The notes under the pieces: generated by a model
What the model saw: the letters and a program-made list of their open reading frames with translations, nothing else
Databases searched by the model: none
Told to the model about the DNA's origin: nothing
In this document: positions 16,027-25,423 of the stretch, one piece after another
Numbering within the stretch: position 1 is the first letter of the stretch
Layout of the letters: every line of letters begins with the position of its first letter
Position numbers and translations under genes: made by a program
From: a virus
Lineage: Duplodnaviria > Caudoviricetes
Reading direction: 5' to 3' (one strand)
IMG/VR virus record: IMGVR_UViG_3300037962_000730
Span: 1-40,000 of that record
DNA: 40,000 bases

Positions 16027-17295
16027 CTAACCTTGATTAAATAACTGGATGCCTGCCATTTCAGGGTTGAGCATTGCTGTGCCAAACGTAATATCGTAAC
16101 GAGCTTTTACGCTCAGGTCGTTGATATCACCTTGACGGCTGTATGCAATCTCAATACCGTTAGGCAAGGTGGCTTTGGTTGTGAACCAACCATCTTCCGC
16201 GCTTAAACCAAGTGTTGATGGGATAATCTCAAGCGCGTCTTTAACAAACACAGTGTTAATGTCCGTCGTTACCTTGTTCAGCATGGTGATTGCTGCGCCA
16301 TCGGCAGGCGTTGCTGATACGTTTTGATAAGCAAGCTCCGAGATGGTTACAAGCTCCGCGTCAGGTGCAACGATAGCAGGGATAATCTCAATCTGCGTGT
16401 CTGACACAACATCAATAACTCGGAAGGTTTTTAAGTCGCCCGTGTTGTTTTTGTTTTGATGATGAGCAGCGTAAACGCCTGCAATGGTGAACGCATCACC
16501 TGCTTTGAATGCGCCGCTAGTTTTAGCGACATTTAACACCATTGAACGGTTATCGACGTTAGTCTCAGTACCGTTGATGTTGTTTTTCTTGGTGGCCATT
16601 GGCACATGACGCTGATTAGCGCCTGAGACCGTTGCACCAACCACATCAGACCCTTCAAGCTGAATAGGCGAATCATCAGTGTGAACCGAGATGCCTGCAA
16701 TCTTATTCACATAGGCTTCTTCGTATGCGGTCAACGTCTTGCCGTTTAGTGTCTGACGACTTGCAAGGTTGTCCGACATATCAATCATGGCGGTAGATGA
16801 ATAGAATGCTTGGCGACCAGTACCGCGCACACCTTGACGGTCAAGCATAGCCTTCATTGTTGCCACATCTTTAAACCCGGTAGGCGCACCTGATCGGATA
16901 TTGACGTTAGACGAGTAGTAAGCAGCCTCACGACGTAAAGCATCATTAACCTTGCTTGCTAACTCAATCTTGGCAGCCTCACCCCATTCACTCATGAAAC
17001 TTTGGTCACGGTTTTCACCTGGGCGAATCAAGAACGGCACTGATCGGTTGCGGTCAACAGTAACTGGTGCAGCCATTTCGCTTGGCGTTTCAAAGTTGCC
17101 AGTTTGATTCAAGCCCTCTTGCGAGATTGCCTGCTTTGGCATCATGCGCCATACGGTATCATTACCACGTAGCGCAGTACGCCCATCAGGGAATCGATAA
17201 ATTTTAGCAGCCTGCGTATAGACAAGCGCCTCCTCAAAGCCTTCGACAACTTGGTCAAAAGCGACAATCTCTTGTTTTGTTAACTTACCAGCCAT
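16027..17295 (-). CDS. Major capsid protein (P22 gp5-like)
   Basis: 422 aa; GDAFTIAG I-domain motif; C-terminal RYDITFG..MLNPEMAG. Confidence 0.92.
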   Translation of the reverse strand: MAGKLTKQEIVAFDQVVEGFEEALVYTQAAKIYRFPDGRTALRGNDTVWRMMPKQAISQEGLNQTGNFETPSEMAAPVTVDRNRSVPFLIRPGENRDQSFMSEWGEAAKIELASKVNDALRREAAYYSSNVNIRSGAPTGFKDVATMKAMLDRQGVRGTGRQAFYSSTAMIDMSDNLASRQTLNGKTLTAYEEAYVNKIAGISVHTDDSPIQLEGSDVVGATVSGANQRHVPMATKKNNINGTETNVDNRSMVLNVAKTSGAFKAGDAFTIAGVYAAHHQNKNNTGDLKTFRVIDVVSDTQIEIIPAIVAPDAELVTISELAYQNVSATPADGAAITMLNKVTTDINTVFVKDALEIIPSTLGLSAEDGWFTTKATLPNGIEIAYSRQGDINDLSVKARYDITFGTAMLNPEMAGIQLFNQG

Positions 17296-17313
17296 TTGAG
17301 GCTCCTTAAAAGT

Positions 17314-18192
17314 TTATTTATTACGCATTTTTCGTTTGTATGCAATGACGGCTGAACGGTCGCCCGTCTTGTCCGCTTGCGCTTCAAGTTTTTCTAACTC
17401 TGCGTCAGCACCACCCGCTGAGCCTTCCAGCTCATGCGTTTTGGGCTTTGGCTTGTTTGGGTTACGTGATTTTGCTTTTGACGTCATTTGCTGCTCCATC
17501 AAGACGATTTGCTTTGTAAACTGAACGTCATCAAGTTTCGATAATCGCTCCAGTTGTGCCGGTGAGTTTTTACCAAGTGCATAAACCACTTTGGCAGGGT
17601 TATCGACCAGCATTTGCAGCAAGCCTTGTTTTTGCTCAGACAGCACATCAACGACGGATAGCTCTACCTCGTCATAATCCGGTGCTTTTGCCTTAATTGC
17701 GTCAACATCGGCTTTATAGCGCTCATGATACTGTTGGTACTTTTGCCGCTCGGCTTGTACCTGTGCATCAACCTGCTGCTTTTCTTGTAGCCACTGCGCG
17801 TAGTCTTGTTCAAACGCATCACTGTCATAGTCATGGTCATCAAGCGTTGGCTTCTCGCGTAACACTTGTTGCGGCATTTGCTGTGCTTCACGCTGCTTTA
17901 ATTGACGTTTAAGCTCGCGGTTTTCCTCTCGGACTTTCTTCACCCACTCGGGCGCTTCTTGTCCCCTGAAAGGGTCGCTGCTATCACCGTCATCATCAAA
18001 GCTAAAATCAAGCGCGTCATCTGAGTCGTCTGAGTCATCGGCGCTATCATCTTGGCTTTCGGCTTCTTCACCGTCGGCATCTTGCTCATCGTCTTGACTA
18101 TCTTCAATATCCTGCTCGTCATCGATGACCTCGTTATCTTCGACTTGCGGGGTATCTTCTTGATAGTCTTGGTTGTCGTCAAAATCACTCAC
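17314..18192 (-). CDS. Scaffolding protein
   Basis: Acidic N-terminus and C-terminal helix-turn-helix AQADKTGDRSAVIAYKRK; lies between portal and coat. Confidence 0.88.
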   Translation of the reverse strand: MSDFDDNQDYQEDTPQVEDNEVIDDEQDIEDSQDDEQDADGEEAESQDDSADDSDDSDDALDFSFDDDGDSSDPFRGQEAPEWVKKVREENRELKRQLKQREAQQMPQQVLREKPTLDDHDYDSDAFEQDYAQWLQEKQQVDAQVQAERQKYQQYHERYKADVDAIKAKAPDYDEVELSVVDVLSEQKQGLLQMLVDNPAKVVYALGKNSPAQLERLSKLDDVQFTKQIVLMEQQMTSKAKSRNPNKPKPKTHELEGSAGGADAELEKLEAQADKTGDRSAVIAYKRKMRNK

Positions 18193-18245
18193 TTTGGTAT
18201 CTCCTCAGATTTATAGCATCTGGTGGCTGTTGTTAAAATTTAGGC

Positions 18246-18273
18246 AATAAAAAAGCCCACCGAAGTGAGCTTT
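18246..18273 (-). terminator. Terminator after the HicB-like moron
   Basis: AAAGCTCAC-TTCG-GTGGGCTTTTTT. Confidence 0.8.
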
Positions 18274-18293
18274 GTTTGGTTGGGTTGGTTTGT

Positions 18294-18482
18294 TTAGTTG
18301 AAATCAACGCGCATAGAATTCAAGCGTTCTATCTTAGCAATAATTTTTTTTGCATTAGATTCCGCTATGTCCTGCGTTTCCCCGTAACTAACTATTTTTG
18401 AATAATCGCCATCGATTGTGATAGCAACACGATAACTGCCATCATCTAAAATATCGCAACTATAAGCGCAGTCTTTTTGCAT
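18294..18482 (-). CDS. HicB-like antitoxin N-terminal-domain protein (moron)
   Basis: DDGSYRV...SYGETQDIAESNAK pattern; AAGGAG SD; own extended -10 promoter. Confidence 0.55.
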   Translation of the reverse strand: MQKDCAYSCDILDDGSYRVAITIDGDYSKIVSYGETQDIAESNAKKIIAKIERLNSMRVDFN

Positions 18483-18507
18483 AAATAACTCCTTATTTTA
18501 TAGAGTT

Positions 18508-18516
18508 ATTATAGCA
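18508..18516 (-). promoter_or_regulatory. Extended -10 promoter
   Basis: TGCTATAAT, 25 nt upstream of ATG 18482. Confidence 0.65.
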
Positions 18517-18615
18517 TATCAGCGTCTTTGCCATTGGCTAATTCAGCCTTACGAGCATTAGCTTTCTTATCCATGTACCGTAAGAACTTATCAGCAAGTA
18601 GCAGTAGGATTAGTT

Positions 18616-18822
18616 TTATTTAGCACCGCCAAGATTAGATGCGTTGATAATCTCCTGTAAGTCTTTAGCGAAAACTTGAGAGTTAGCTCTAACCATTAAC
18701 GCCATACACTCGCCAAGGGCGGATTTACCATCAGCGCTATCATACTTACTCATCAAATCAGCTACTTGCACAAGTAACTGATTGTTGTTTTCTATAACCG
18801 CTTTGGTTAACTCTTTCATCAC
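18616..18822 (-). CDS. Hypothetical protein
   Basis: Start overlaps the portal stop; GGAGG SD. Confidence 0.6.
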   Translation of the reverse strand: MMKELTKAVIENNNQLLVQVADLMSKYDSADGKSALGECMALMVRANSQVFAKDLQEIINASNLGGAK

Positions 18823-20978
18823 ATACCCTCCATTGGTGGCATACCTTCTTGCATAGCTGCCGTAGCTGCTAGTTGCTGCATATCAGGCTGCTCTTGTGGT
18901 GTCACTTCTTTCTTAATCTGCTGCTCATTCTGCTGCTGTGATTGCTGCATAGTTGTGAGCATCATAAGCATTTGCTGCATAGCTTGTTGCTGTGCTGCTT
19001 GTGATTGCTCAAACTGCTGTTGCATCTCGTAGAGCGTCTTAGCCGTATCAGCGCGAGTCTCGTCAACCTCTGCAAGTGTTTTTTGCGTGTCAGCTTTCGC
19101 TTTCTCTGCGCTTGCAAGTGCTTTCGCTGCCTCTGCCTCAAAATATTGCGTCTGTGCATCAGGCGGCTGATTAGCTGCTGCTTGTTGCGCGGCTTGCATC
19201 TCTTTCTGCTCTTGCTCATCAGGCTCTGTAACTCCCATGTTAATGAGATTCTTGCGAGCATAACGACTAAGGTCGTGTGTGCCCTCACCGTCCTGATTAG
19301 CTAAGATGGTGTTGTAAAGAACCTTAGAGTCTTGCGGATCTGAAGCAAGCGGTAGCATCTCAATCATGCGCTTGATTGTCTTATCGCGCTGCGTGCTAAA
19401 CGCCTCACCGACATCGACTGTTACTTTGTACTTGCCGCCTTGTATGTCATTCTCATAAGCAAGCTGACCATCTTTAATAGTCGGCTTGTTGATCACAACC
19501 TTGCTATCAGTATCGTCATGGCTAACACCTGACATTTCGCGGCTTTCTTCATCGTAAACCACTTGAGCCATTGATAGCCAAATGCGCCCAACATGGGCAA
19601 TCGTCTTAGCAAAGTTATCAAGATAGATATATGCTTGCGCGTCAACCTTGTCTTGCACCATCTCAACCGCTTCGGTCGATACGTTGCTGACTAACTGCTC
19701 ACCGTTTGACTGGTTGCCTGTCAGTTCGCCAATTAACGCACCGCTTGATTCAATCAATGCGCCCATCGCTTGCGGTATCACTGGCGCTTTGGTGTAGGCT
19801 TGTGGCCCTACTCCAATAACATTGCCTTGCGCGTCTTTAGTCGGATTAATCGTTAAGTATGGCTTGCGCTCTACTTCTTTGCTTGCCCATTGCCCCTCAT
19901 GACCCTTGACCTGTGCTGGTGTAAAAATAGGCGTTTCGTCTTGCGGACGACTTGCTAAGTCAATTAAGCCAGACATTTTAAGGTTAAATGCTATCTGAGC
20001 GTCACGAGACAGCCCTACATGGCCTTGTGTGACCTCTCGACCACTAACATACATACGCTTGCCGTAGAACGGCGCTACGGGCAAATACTCACCTGCTATC
20101 ACGCCTAATTTTTCGACAATGCCATCACCGCTTAATACATAACCTTTAACCTCTTTACGCTTAACCTTTTTAGCAAAATCAATCTCATAGCCTTGTGCTA
20201 GATAATCGCTTAGCTGCTGGTCAAAATCCTCGTCATCCTCGTAGAGCTTAACTGGTTCGCCACCTTGCGGATGGGATAGTTTAGTAACCTCAACTTTGCG
20301 CTCTGTCAGCTCGTAATGCTCAGCGACTCGCACATTGTCACCGTCACGCCAATCAAAGCGGTAGCCTTGTAAGTCGTCAAAGCTCGAAACGTCTTTATTG
20401 TACTTAGACTCAAACTGAGCCTTTGACATTGCGGTCACAATCGTTACGTGCTTAGCATCTGCTTTGTCGTAGCGACGCGCATTGCTATCCCAATAGACCA
20501 TCGTGTCAGCTTCAAATATTGGCTTGATGCGTATGCGCTGATACTCGTCATCGTCACCATCTTCATCATCATACTTAGCCTCAAGTAAGATTGCGCCGAT
20601 ACCGCCACTAATACCTTCCATGAAAGCAGTAGAGTAAGCTTCATCGGCGTTACTATCGCGCTCATCGGCTCTGAATAACTCTTGCAAGTTATCGGCTGTA
20701 TCTGTATCGGCTGCATTGTTCTGCGGTCTAAATTCAACGGTAAAGCGGTTTTTAGCCCATTCATTGTAGATACGAATGACTGATAGCTGAATTTTGTTAA
20801 ACTCAAACTTTGGACGGCCCTCAAACTGTCTGCCAATGTCGCCATCCCACTGCGCTCCCTGCACAAAACAAAAACGCCGGTCATCATAAGACTGGCGTTG
20901 ATTGTCGTGCGATTGGCTGTAGTCTGCATCGATACGCTCAAGCAAGCGTTGATGCAATTTGTCGTTTTGCTTGCTCAT
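18819..20978 (-). CDS. Portal protein (P22 gp1-like)
   Basis: GAQW...GRPKFEFNKI motif; 719 aa with a Gln-rich C-terminal barrel helix. Confidence 0.92.
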   Translation of the reverse strand: MSKQNDKLHQRLLERIDADYSQSHDNQRQSYDDRRFCFVQGAQWDGDIGRQFEGRPKFEFNKIQLSVIRIYNEWAKNRFTVEFRPQNNAADTDTADNLQELFRADERDSNADEAYSTAFMEGISGGIGAILLEAKYDDEDGDDDEYQRIRIKPIFEADTMVYWDSNARRYDKADAKHVTIVTAMSKAQFESKYNKDVSSFDDLQGYRFDWRDGDNVRVAEHYELTERKVEVTKLSHPQGGEPVKLYEDDEDFDQQLSDYLAQGYEIDFAKKVKRKEVKGYVLSGDGIVEKLGVIAGEYLPVAPFYGKRMYVSGREVTQGHVGLSRDAQIAFNLKMSGLIDLASRPQDETPIFTPAQVKGHEGQWASKEVERKPYLTINPTKDAQGNVIGVGPQAYTKAPVIPQAMGALIESSGALIGELTGNQSNGEQLVSNVSTEAVEMVQDKVDAQAYIYLDNFAKTIAHVGRIWLSMAQVVYDEESREMSGVSHDDTDSKVVINKPTIKDGQLAYENDIQGGKYKVTVDVGEAFSTQRDKTIKRMIEMLPLASDPQDSKVLYNTILANQDGEGTHDLSRYARKNLINMGVTEPDEQEQKEMQAAQQAAANQPPDAQTQYFEAEAAKALASAEKAKADTQKTLAEVDETRADTAKTLYEMQQQFEQSQAAQQQAMQQMLMMLTTMQQSQQQNEQQIKKEVTPQEQPDMQQLAATAAMQEGMPPMEGM

Positions 20979-20984
20979 AGTTTA

Positions 20985-22436
20985 TTACCAATAGTTTTTA
21001 ACTGTGGGGATAGGTGCTGGCGCAGGTTCAGGCTCACCAATCAACCCTTTTTGTATGGCGTGATTCCGCATCATGTATGCGTAGCGCGTGGCGTCCATCA
21101 AATCGTCACCAGTCTTTACAATCTTGCCTTTTTCGTCGCGATGATATTGCAAAAACTCATTAAGCCATTCTCTCAGAGTATTAAACACCTTAAACTTGCC
21201 ACTTTTCATCAGTAACAATATCTCAAGCAAGCCTATCTCTACGCCGTTTGTATTATCAGGCCACTTAGCGTAAGTAGGCAGCAAGTCAAAACCAACATCG
21301 TCATAAGACTTTTTCTGTTGATTGCCTGAGCTTTTCTCAGACTGCAAGCCATCTAATGGCCATGCGGTAGGCACGCCATCAGCCCATTTCTTTGTCGCTG
21401 TCCATGCTTCGCTTGGTGTAACTTGCCTTTGTTTCCAAGCGTGAGTGACGTAAATAATATCGTTATCAAGGTCAATAGCTAACTGCACTTGCGCTTGTGG
21501 ATGGTCCCAACCAAAATCCATGCCATCAATTAGCATAAAGTGATTAGGTATCTCAAACGGATCACAAGTGATAAATTCTTCACCCAAGTCATAAATACGG
21601 CCATGTCCTAGCATTGGAATACCCTTAGTACGCATATCACGTTGGTGAGCTGGGAATGATTCAAGTAGTGTTTTCTTGGCTCGATCGTCCAAATGCGGCG
21701 CATCATCCCAACCAGCATTGAGCATGATTTGTCCGTCGGCTGGATCATCCATAAACTGAATAACCAAGTCAGTACGCCCATTCTCAGGCGTAAACGTCAA
21801 GATGCCTCGACCGCCTTTGCCGTTATCGCCCGTTGCTGTGCGAGTTAAGACCTGTGGGTAAATATTAGGGTCTTTTGGTTCTTCATCGATGTGAAACCAA
21901 TCAACATTATCACCCATCAAAGCGTGCTGACCTTGACTGTATGACCATAACTGCACCGCCGCTGTTTGATGCTGAACATCACCACCACCGCCATGCCTCA
22001 CGTACACTGTACGCATAGCATTAGGTGTGCCAGTCATCGACTCATGGTCAAGTATGTACTCGGGCGGAATCAAGCCACCTACCCATTCATTTTCTTTGCG
22101 AATACCAAAGATAGGTTTTTGCAAAAGGTCGCGGCACTTTTCGCCAGAATAACCAAGCAGCCATAGAAGCGGTGCATGGTCAAATGCGTGACCGTCCCAC
22201 CAGTCGGGGTATTGCCCCAATGCATGGATAGCATCAATATACGTCCCCGTCATGGTCTTGCCAACTCGGTTAGCTGCCATAAAGCAAACTTGCGTATAGG
22301 TCTTAGTGCATTGTAAAAGCTCTCGCTGAATTGGATATAGCCGCTCACCAAATGTCTTGTAGCGATACACTCGCTCTCTGCGTCGCTTTTCTTCAAGCAA
22401 CTTGAGGAGTTTCAGTTTATCATCACGAGTTGCCAT
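20985..22436 (-). CDS. Terminase large subunit
   Basis: Walker A AANRVGKT, Walker B FHIDEEP, TFTPENG, GMDFGWDHP and DDLMDATRY. Confidence 0.95.
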   Translation of the reverse strand: MATRDDKLKLLKLLEEKRRRERVYRYKTFGERLYPIQRELLQCTKTYTQVCFMAANRVGKTMTGTYIDAIHALGQYPDWWDGHAFDHAPLLWLLGYSGEKCRDLLQKPIFGIRKENEWVGGLIPPEYILDHESMTGTPNAMRTVYVRHGGGGDVQHQTAAVQLWSYSQGQHALMGDNVDWFHIDEEPKDPNIYPQVLTRTATGDNGKGGRGILTFTPENGRTDLVIQFMDDPADGQIMLNAGWDDAPHLDDRAKKTLLESFPAHQRDMRTKGIPMLGHGRIYDLGEEFITCDPFEIPNHFMLIDGMDFGWDHPQAQVQLAIDLDNDIIYVTHAWKQRQVTPSEAWTATKKWADGVPTAWPLDGLQSEKSSGNQQKKSYDDVGFDLLPTYAKWPDNTNGVEIGLLEILLLMKSGKFKVFNTLREWLNEFLQYHRDEKGKIVKTGDDLMDATRYAYMMRNHAIQKGLIGEPEPAPAPIPTVKNYW

Positions 22437-22926
22437 TGTTTAGCGCCGCTATTTGAGCATCCAGTTCATCGTCGGTTAGATTGCTTACGCTTAGATTTAC
22501 ATTACTTTCAATCTGTTGCTTAGATCCATAACGTTTGGGCGCTAGCTTTTCGATATTCCATTTGCGCGTATCAATACGCAGTTTAGCTCGTTGGATATGT
22601 TCTTGATTCAGTCTTTCTTCGCCATTCACAATCTCGTAGTCATCTGCTGAATCGTCAGCAATATCAATCAATTCATCAAGCAGATACTCAGCTTGCACTT
22701 GCCTTGCGTGCGCGTACTGTTCCATAAACCCATCTTTGCCGCTTGCTAACCACTGCATTACAGTAGATATAGCAGGCATACCGTCAAGCTCGCATATCTT
22801 GCGTAAAGACATTCCAACCATTAGTGATTCGCATATCACTTGCGCTAATTCTTCGCTATAAATTGTTGGTCTGCCGCCTTTGTTAATATCTTCACTCACA
22901 ACGCTGTCGAGCGCTTCATTAGTCAT
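22423..22926 (-). CDS. Terminase small subunit (Sf6-like)
   Basis: GRPTIYSEELA..IC...G.SLRKIC...MP and LRIDTRKW...KLAPKRYG. Confidence 0.92.
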   Translation of the reverse strand: MTNEALDSVVSEDINKGGRPTIYSEELAQVICESLMVGMSLRKICELDGMPAISTVMQWLASGKDGFMEQYAHARQVQAEYLLDELIDIADDSADDYEIVNGEERLNQEHIQRAKLRIDTRKWNIEKLAPKRYGSKQQIESNVNLSVSNLTDDELDAQIAALNNGNS

Positions 22927-22945
22927 AGCACCCTCCAGCGCTCAT

Positions 22946-22974
22946 ATAAAAAAAGCCCATCAATCAATGTGGGC
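22946..22974 (-). terminator. Terminator upstream of terS
   Basis: GCCCACATTGATTGATGGGC followed by a T-run. Confidence 0.65.
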
Positions 22975-22982
22975 AAAAGGGT

Positions 22983-23174
22983 TTAATCTTTCTGTCTGTG
23001 CTCGACCATCTTGTCGATAGCAGCCTTTACATCTTCCCATCGTTCAATAGGGAAATGCACACACTCGTCATCAGCCGTATCAGATATATAAACATTATTA
23101 TTTATCGTTTCCAGTTCTACATCAGAATATGACTCACCAACATATAGCGTTTGCTTGTCTGATATCTTGTTCAC
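22983..23174 (-). CDS. Hypothetical protein
   Basis: GTG start with GAGGTGA SD. Confidence 0.6.
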   Translation of the reverse strand: MNKISDKQTLYVGESYSDVELETINNNVYISDTADDECVHFPIERWEDVKAAIDKMVEHRQKD

Positions 23175-23185
23175 AACTCACCTCG

Positions 23186-23356
23186 TTATCTACTAATCAA
23201 TGATTGCTCTATCAAGCTAACGTACTCAGCTGCCTTCTTACTGCCCGTACTGGCTCGACGCTTGAGTATGTCCAAGTAAGACCGCTTAGTGATTACGTTC
23301 TCTGTCTTGTGGTATTCGTTATAAACCCACTCATGTGATTTATCGTAGTTGCTCAT
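23186..23356 (-). CDS. Hypothetical protein, 56 aa (MSNYDKSHEW...), not in the ORF track
   Basis: AAGGGA SD; fills the gap between the MTase and the next gene. Confidence 0.55.
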   Translation of the reverse strand: MSNYDKSHEWVYNEYHKTENVITKRSYLDILKRRASTGSKKAAEYVSLIEQSLISR

Positions 23357-23371
23357 AGCATCCCTTGCTAT

Positions 23372-24166
23372 TTAATCGGACATTAAAAAACCGCCATTTT
23401 CGGCGGCTGTGTTAATTCGTTTTTCAGCTATCTTGAAATAATCAGGGTCTAGCTCAATACCGATAAACTTACGGTTATTCTTTACAGCTATTGCGCCTGT
23501 TGTGCCGCTGCCCATGAAGCAGTCTAGGACTGTATCACCTTCGTTGCTCCATGAAATAATGTGGTCGTGGGCGAGTTGTTCGGGGAATGGTGCTGGGTGC
23601 ATTTCATGTCTCGCTGTCCCATACCTCCACACGTTGTCTCTAGGCTTATCGTCTTTAACCTTGGTTAGCAGTTTTTTTCTATCTTCTCTGATGCTTCCAT
23701 CTGGTTTACGCATATATGACCGCTTTTTTGTGCCTGCCGTCTGACACGGTACTCTGATGAAATTTAAGGTGCTAGGCCTGCCCTTTGACCATACAAACAT
23801 GTATTCAAAACCCTGCCAATATCTAGGTATTCTAGTGTCCCTCGGGCTTGCGTTTTTCTGAAAAATCATCGTGTCATGTAAATTAAAACCGCAATCCATA
23901 GCATGTAACGCTTGCTTAAATGACGTGCCTGTTTCGCTACCTTTGATTGTAGCATCACCTACTACCCATACGACTACACCACCATCTTTTGTGACACGGT
24001 ATAATTCAGCTATAACTTTCTGCCAAACATCAGCAGACCATTGGTCATTGTTGCCATTATACGTGCGTAAATTATCGTAAGGTGGGCTTGTGACGGTCAA
24101 ATCAACACTACCATCAGGAATATCTTTAAGCAGCTCTAAGCAATCGCCTTGTCTTAAATCAATCAT
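23372..24166 (-). CDS. Orphan DNA methyltransferase, beta class (N4-C/N6-A)
   Basis: TSPPY catalytic motif precedes HPAPFP and LDCFMGSGTT SAM-binding motifs. Start ATG 24166. Confidence 0.9.
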   Translation of the reverse strand: MIDLRQGDCLELLKDIPDGSVDLTVTSPPYDNLRTYNGNNDQWSADVWQKVIAELYRVTKDGGVVVWVVGDATIKGSETGTSFKQALHAMDCGFNLHDTMIFQKNASPRDTRIPRYWQGFEYMFVWSKGRPSTLNFIRVPCQTAGTKKRSYMRKPDGSIREDRKKLLTKVKDDKPRDNVWRYGTARHEMHPAPFPEQLAHDHIISWSNEGDTVLDCFMGSGTTGAIAVKNNRKFIGIELDPDYFKIAEKRINTAAENGGFLMSD

Positions 24167-24191
24167 GCTATCCCTGCCAAATCTCAGACAT

Positions 24192-24222
24192 AAAAAAAGC
24201 CCCATCAAATTAATGATGAGGC
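24192..24222 (-). terminator. tR'-like terminator
   Basis: GCCTCATCATTAATTTGATGGGGC-TTTTTTT. Confidence 0.75.
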
Positions 24223-24318
24223 GTTGTATTGTCCTTACTCGCATTTTCCAACTTCATGAGTTGGGGCAAGTAAGGAGTATTATTGGTCGCTTTACACTAT
24301 TCTGTTCAGCGTACCCTA

Positions 24319-24347
24319 AATATACCTATTTTTTTGGGTAGTGTCAA
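24319..24347 (-). promoter_or_regulatory. pR'-like late promoter
   Basis: TTGACA-N17-TATATT upstream of the first late gene, followed by a ~120-nt leader and terminator. Confidence 0.75.
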
Positions 24348-24370
24348 ATTATATTGTAGTGACTGCCACA

Positions 24371-24904
24371 TTAAGCTATATCATCAATCTTTACTACCTC
24401 ATCAGCATCGCCGATACGCTCGATGCGTGTAACTTTGCTGCGCCAATCCTCACCAAACCAAAACGCCAAACCATCATCGCCTTTTGCTGCGGTAAACTCA
24501 ATGAGCTTTTTACCATCTGCGTCTATGCCTGCTATTTTAAAGAGATTGTTTTTATAGGCAGCTATCACAATACTCTCTAGTTGTGCTTGCACTGCCTCAG
24601 CAACTTTGGTGCTGTTAGGATTTTGAGCTACCTTATTGGTCATAGCTGTGTTTGGTTGCAATTTATTTATAAAGTTTGTCATGTCAGCATCCTTATTGAT
24701 TGATCCTAAAAACTGATTGATATTAAACTGCTTTTTATCTAATAGTGCTTGTAACTCAGTTGCCACCCAAGGCGATACAGGGCTTGTGCCGCTGAGCCAC
24801 TGTCTTACACGGCGGCTATCAATGTTTAAATCTCGCGCCATGTTGCTTTGCCACTGGTCGCCGTATAGCAAGCGACCCGCCTCGGTTAATTGCTTAATGT
24901 CCAT
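24371..24904 (-). CDS. Cro/C1-type HTH protein with an unknown C-terminal domain
   Basis: WQSNMARDLNIDSRRVRQWLSG helix-turn-helix. Confidence 0.75.
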   Translation of the reverse strand: MDIKQLTEAGRLLYGDQWQSNMARDLNIDSRRVRQWLSGTSPVSPWVATELQALLDKKQFNINQFLGSINKDADMTNFINKLQPNTAMTNKVAQNPNSTKVAEAVQAQLESIVIAAYKNNLFKIAGIDADGKKLIEFTAAKGDDGLAFWFGEDWRSKVTRIERIGDADEVVKIDDIA

Positions 24905-24905
24905 C

Positions 24906-25277
24906 TTATGCGCCTTTTTTGATTAAGCTGTGGATGATAAAGACTGCCAACTGACCGCCAAAAGACTTAGCTTGTCCGTCATGAGTCAAGTAATAAGCAG
25001 TGCTTTTGGTGGCCTTGTTTAAAATCTGCGTTACGTTATAACCTTGGTTGCCTTGGCTTAACATCATGCAGTAACCGCCTTTGTTGCCAGTGGTGCGATG
25101 CTCGACAGTAAACTCAACAAAGCCTTTAGCGATTAGCGGTGCAACGCGCTGAGTGATGCCTTTAACTGTTTTGTAGATGTTTTTTAGCACTGCGCCAAAA
25201 GTCACGGCGTAGTTGTCGCCAGCTTGGATAACTTTTTTGGTTTGTTGGTGAGCTGCTTTAAAGATAAATGATTTCAT
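24906..25277 (-). CDS. Hypothetical protein, first gene of a two-gene module
   Basis: AGGAG SD; translationally adjacent to the HTH gene. Confidence 0.7.
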   Translation of the reverse strand: MKSFIFKAAHQQTKKVIQAGDNYAVTFGAVLKNIYKTVKGITQRVAPLIAKGFVEFTVEHRTTGNKGGYCMMLSQGNQGYNVTQILNKATKSTAYYLTHDGQAKSFGGQLAVFIIHSLIKKGA

Positions 25278-25332
25278 AATGTATCTCCTAGATGATGACT
25301 GGCTCTATAGCCTTGTCGTTGTTGATATGGTT

Positions 25333-25361
25333 ATATTACCTAGTTTTAGGTAATTGGTCAA
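25333..25361 (-). promoter_or_regulatory. Promoter with embedded palindromic operator
   Basis: TTGACC-N17-TAATAT overlapping ATTACCTA-N4-TAGGTAAT (25335-25354). Confidence 0.7.
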
Positions 25362-25393
25362 GTGTTATTTGCAAAATAATTTAAAATAAATGC

Positions 25394-25418
25394 AAAAAAA
25401 ATCCCGCGTATTGCGGGA
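25394..25418 (-). terminator. Terminator after Q
   Basis: TCCCGCAATACGCGGGA-TTTTTTTT. Confidence 0.8.
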
Positions 25419-25423
25419 GTCTC

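Noticed and set aside
7032-22166. Numerous short antisense or alternate-frame ORFs over structural genes
   Set aside because: Shadows of well-supported genes, with no SD or recognisable motifs.
24167-24244. Longer MTase start at 24244
   Set aside because: It crosses the tR'-like terminator; ATG 24166 gives the typical family N-terminus.
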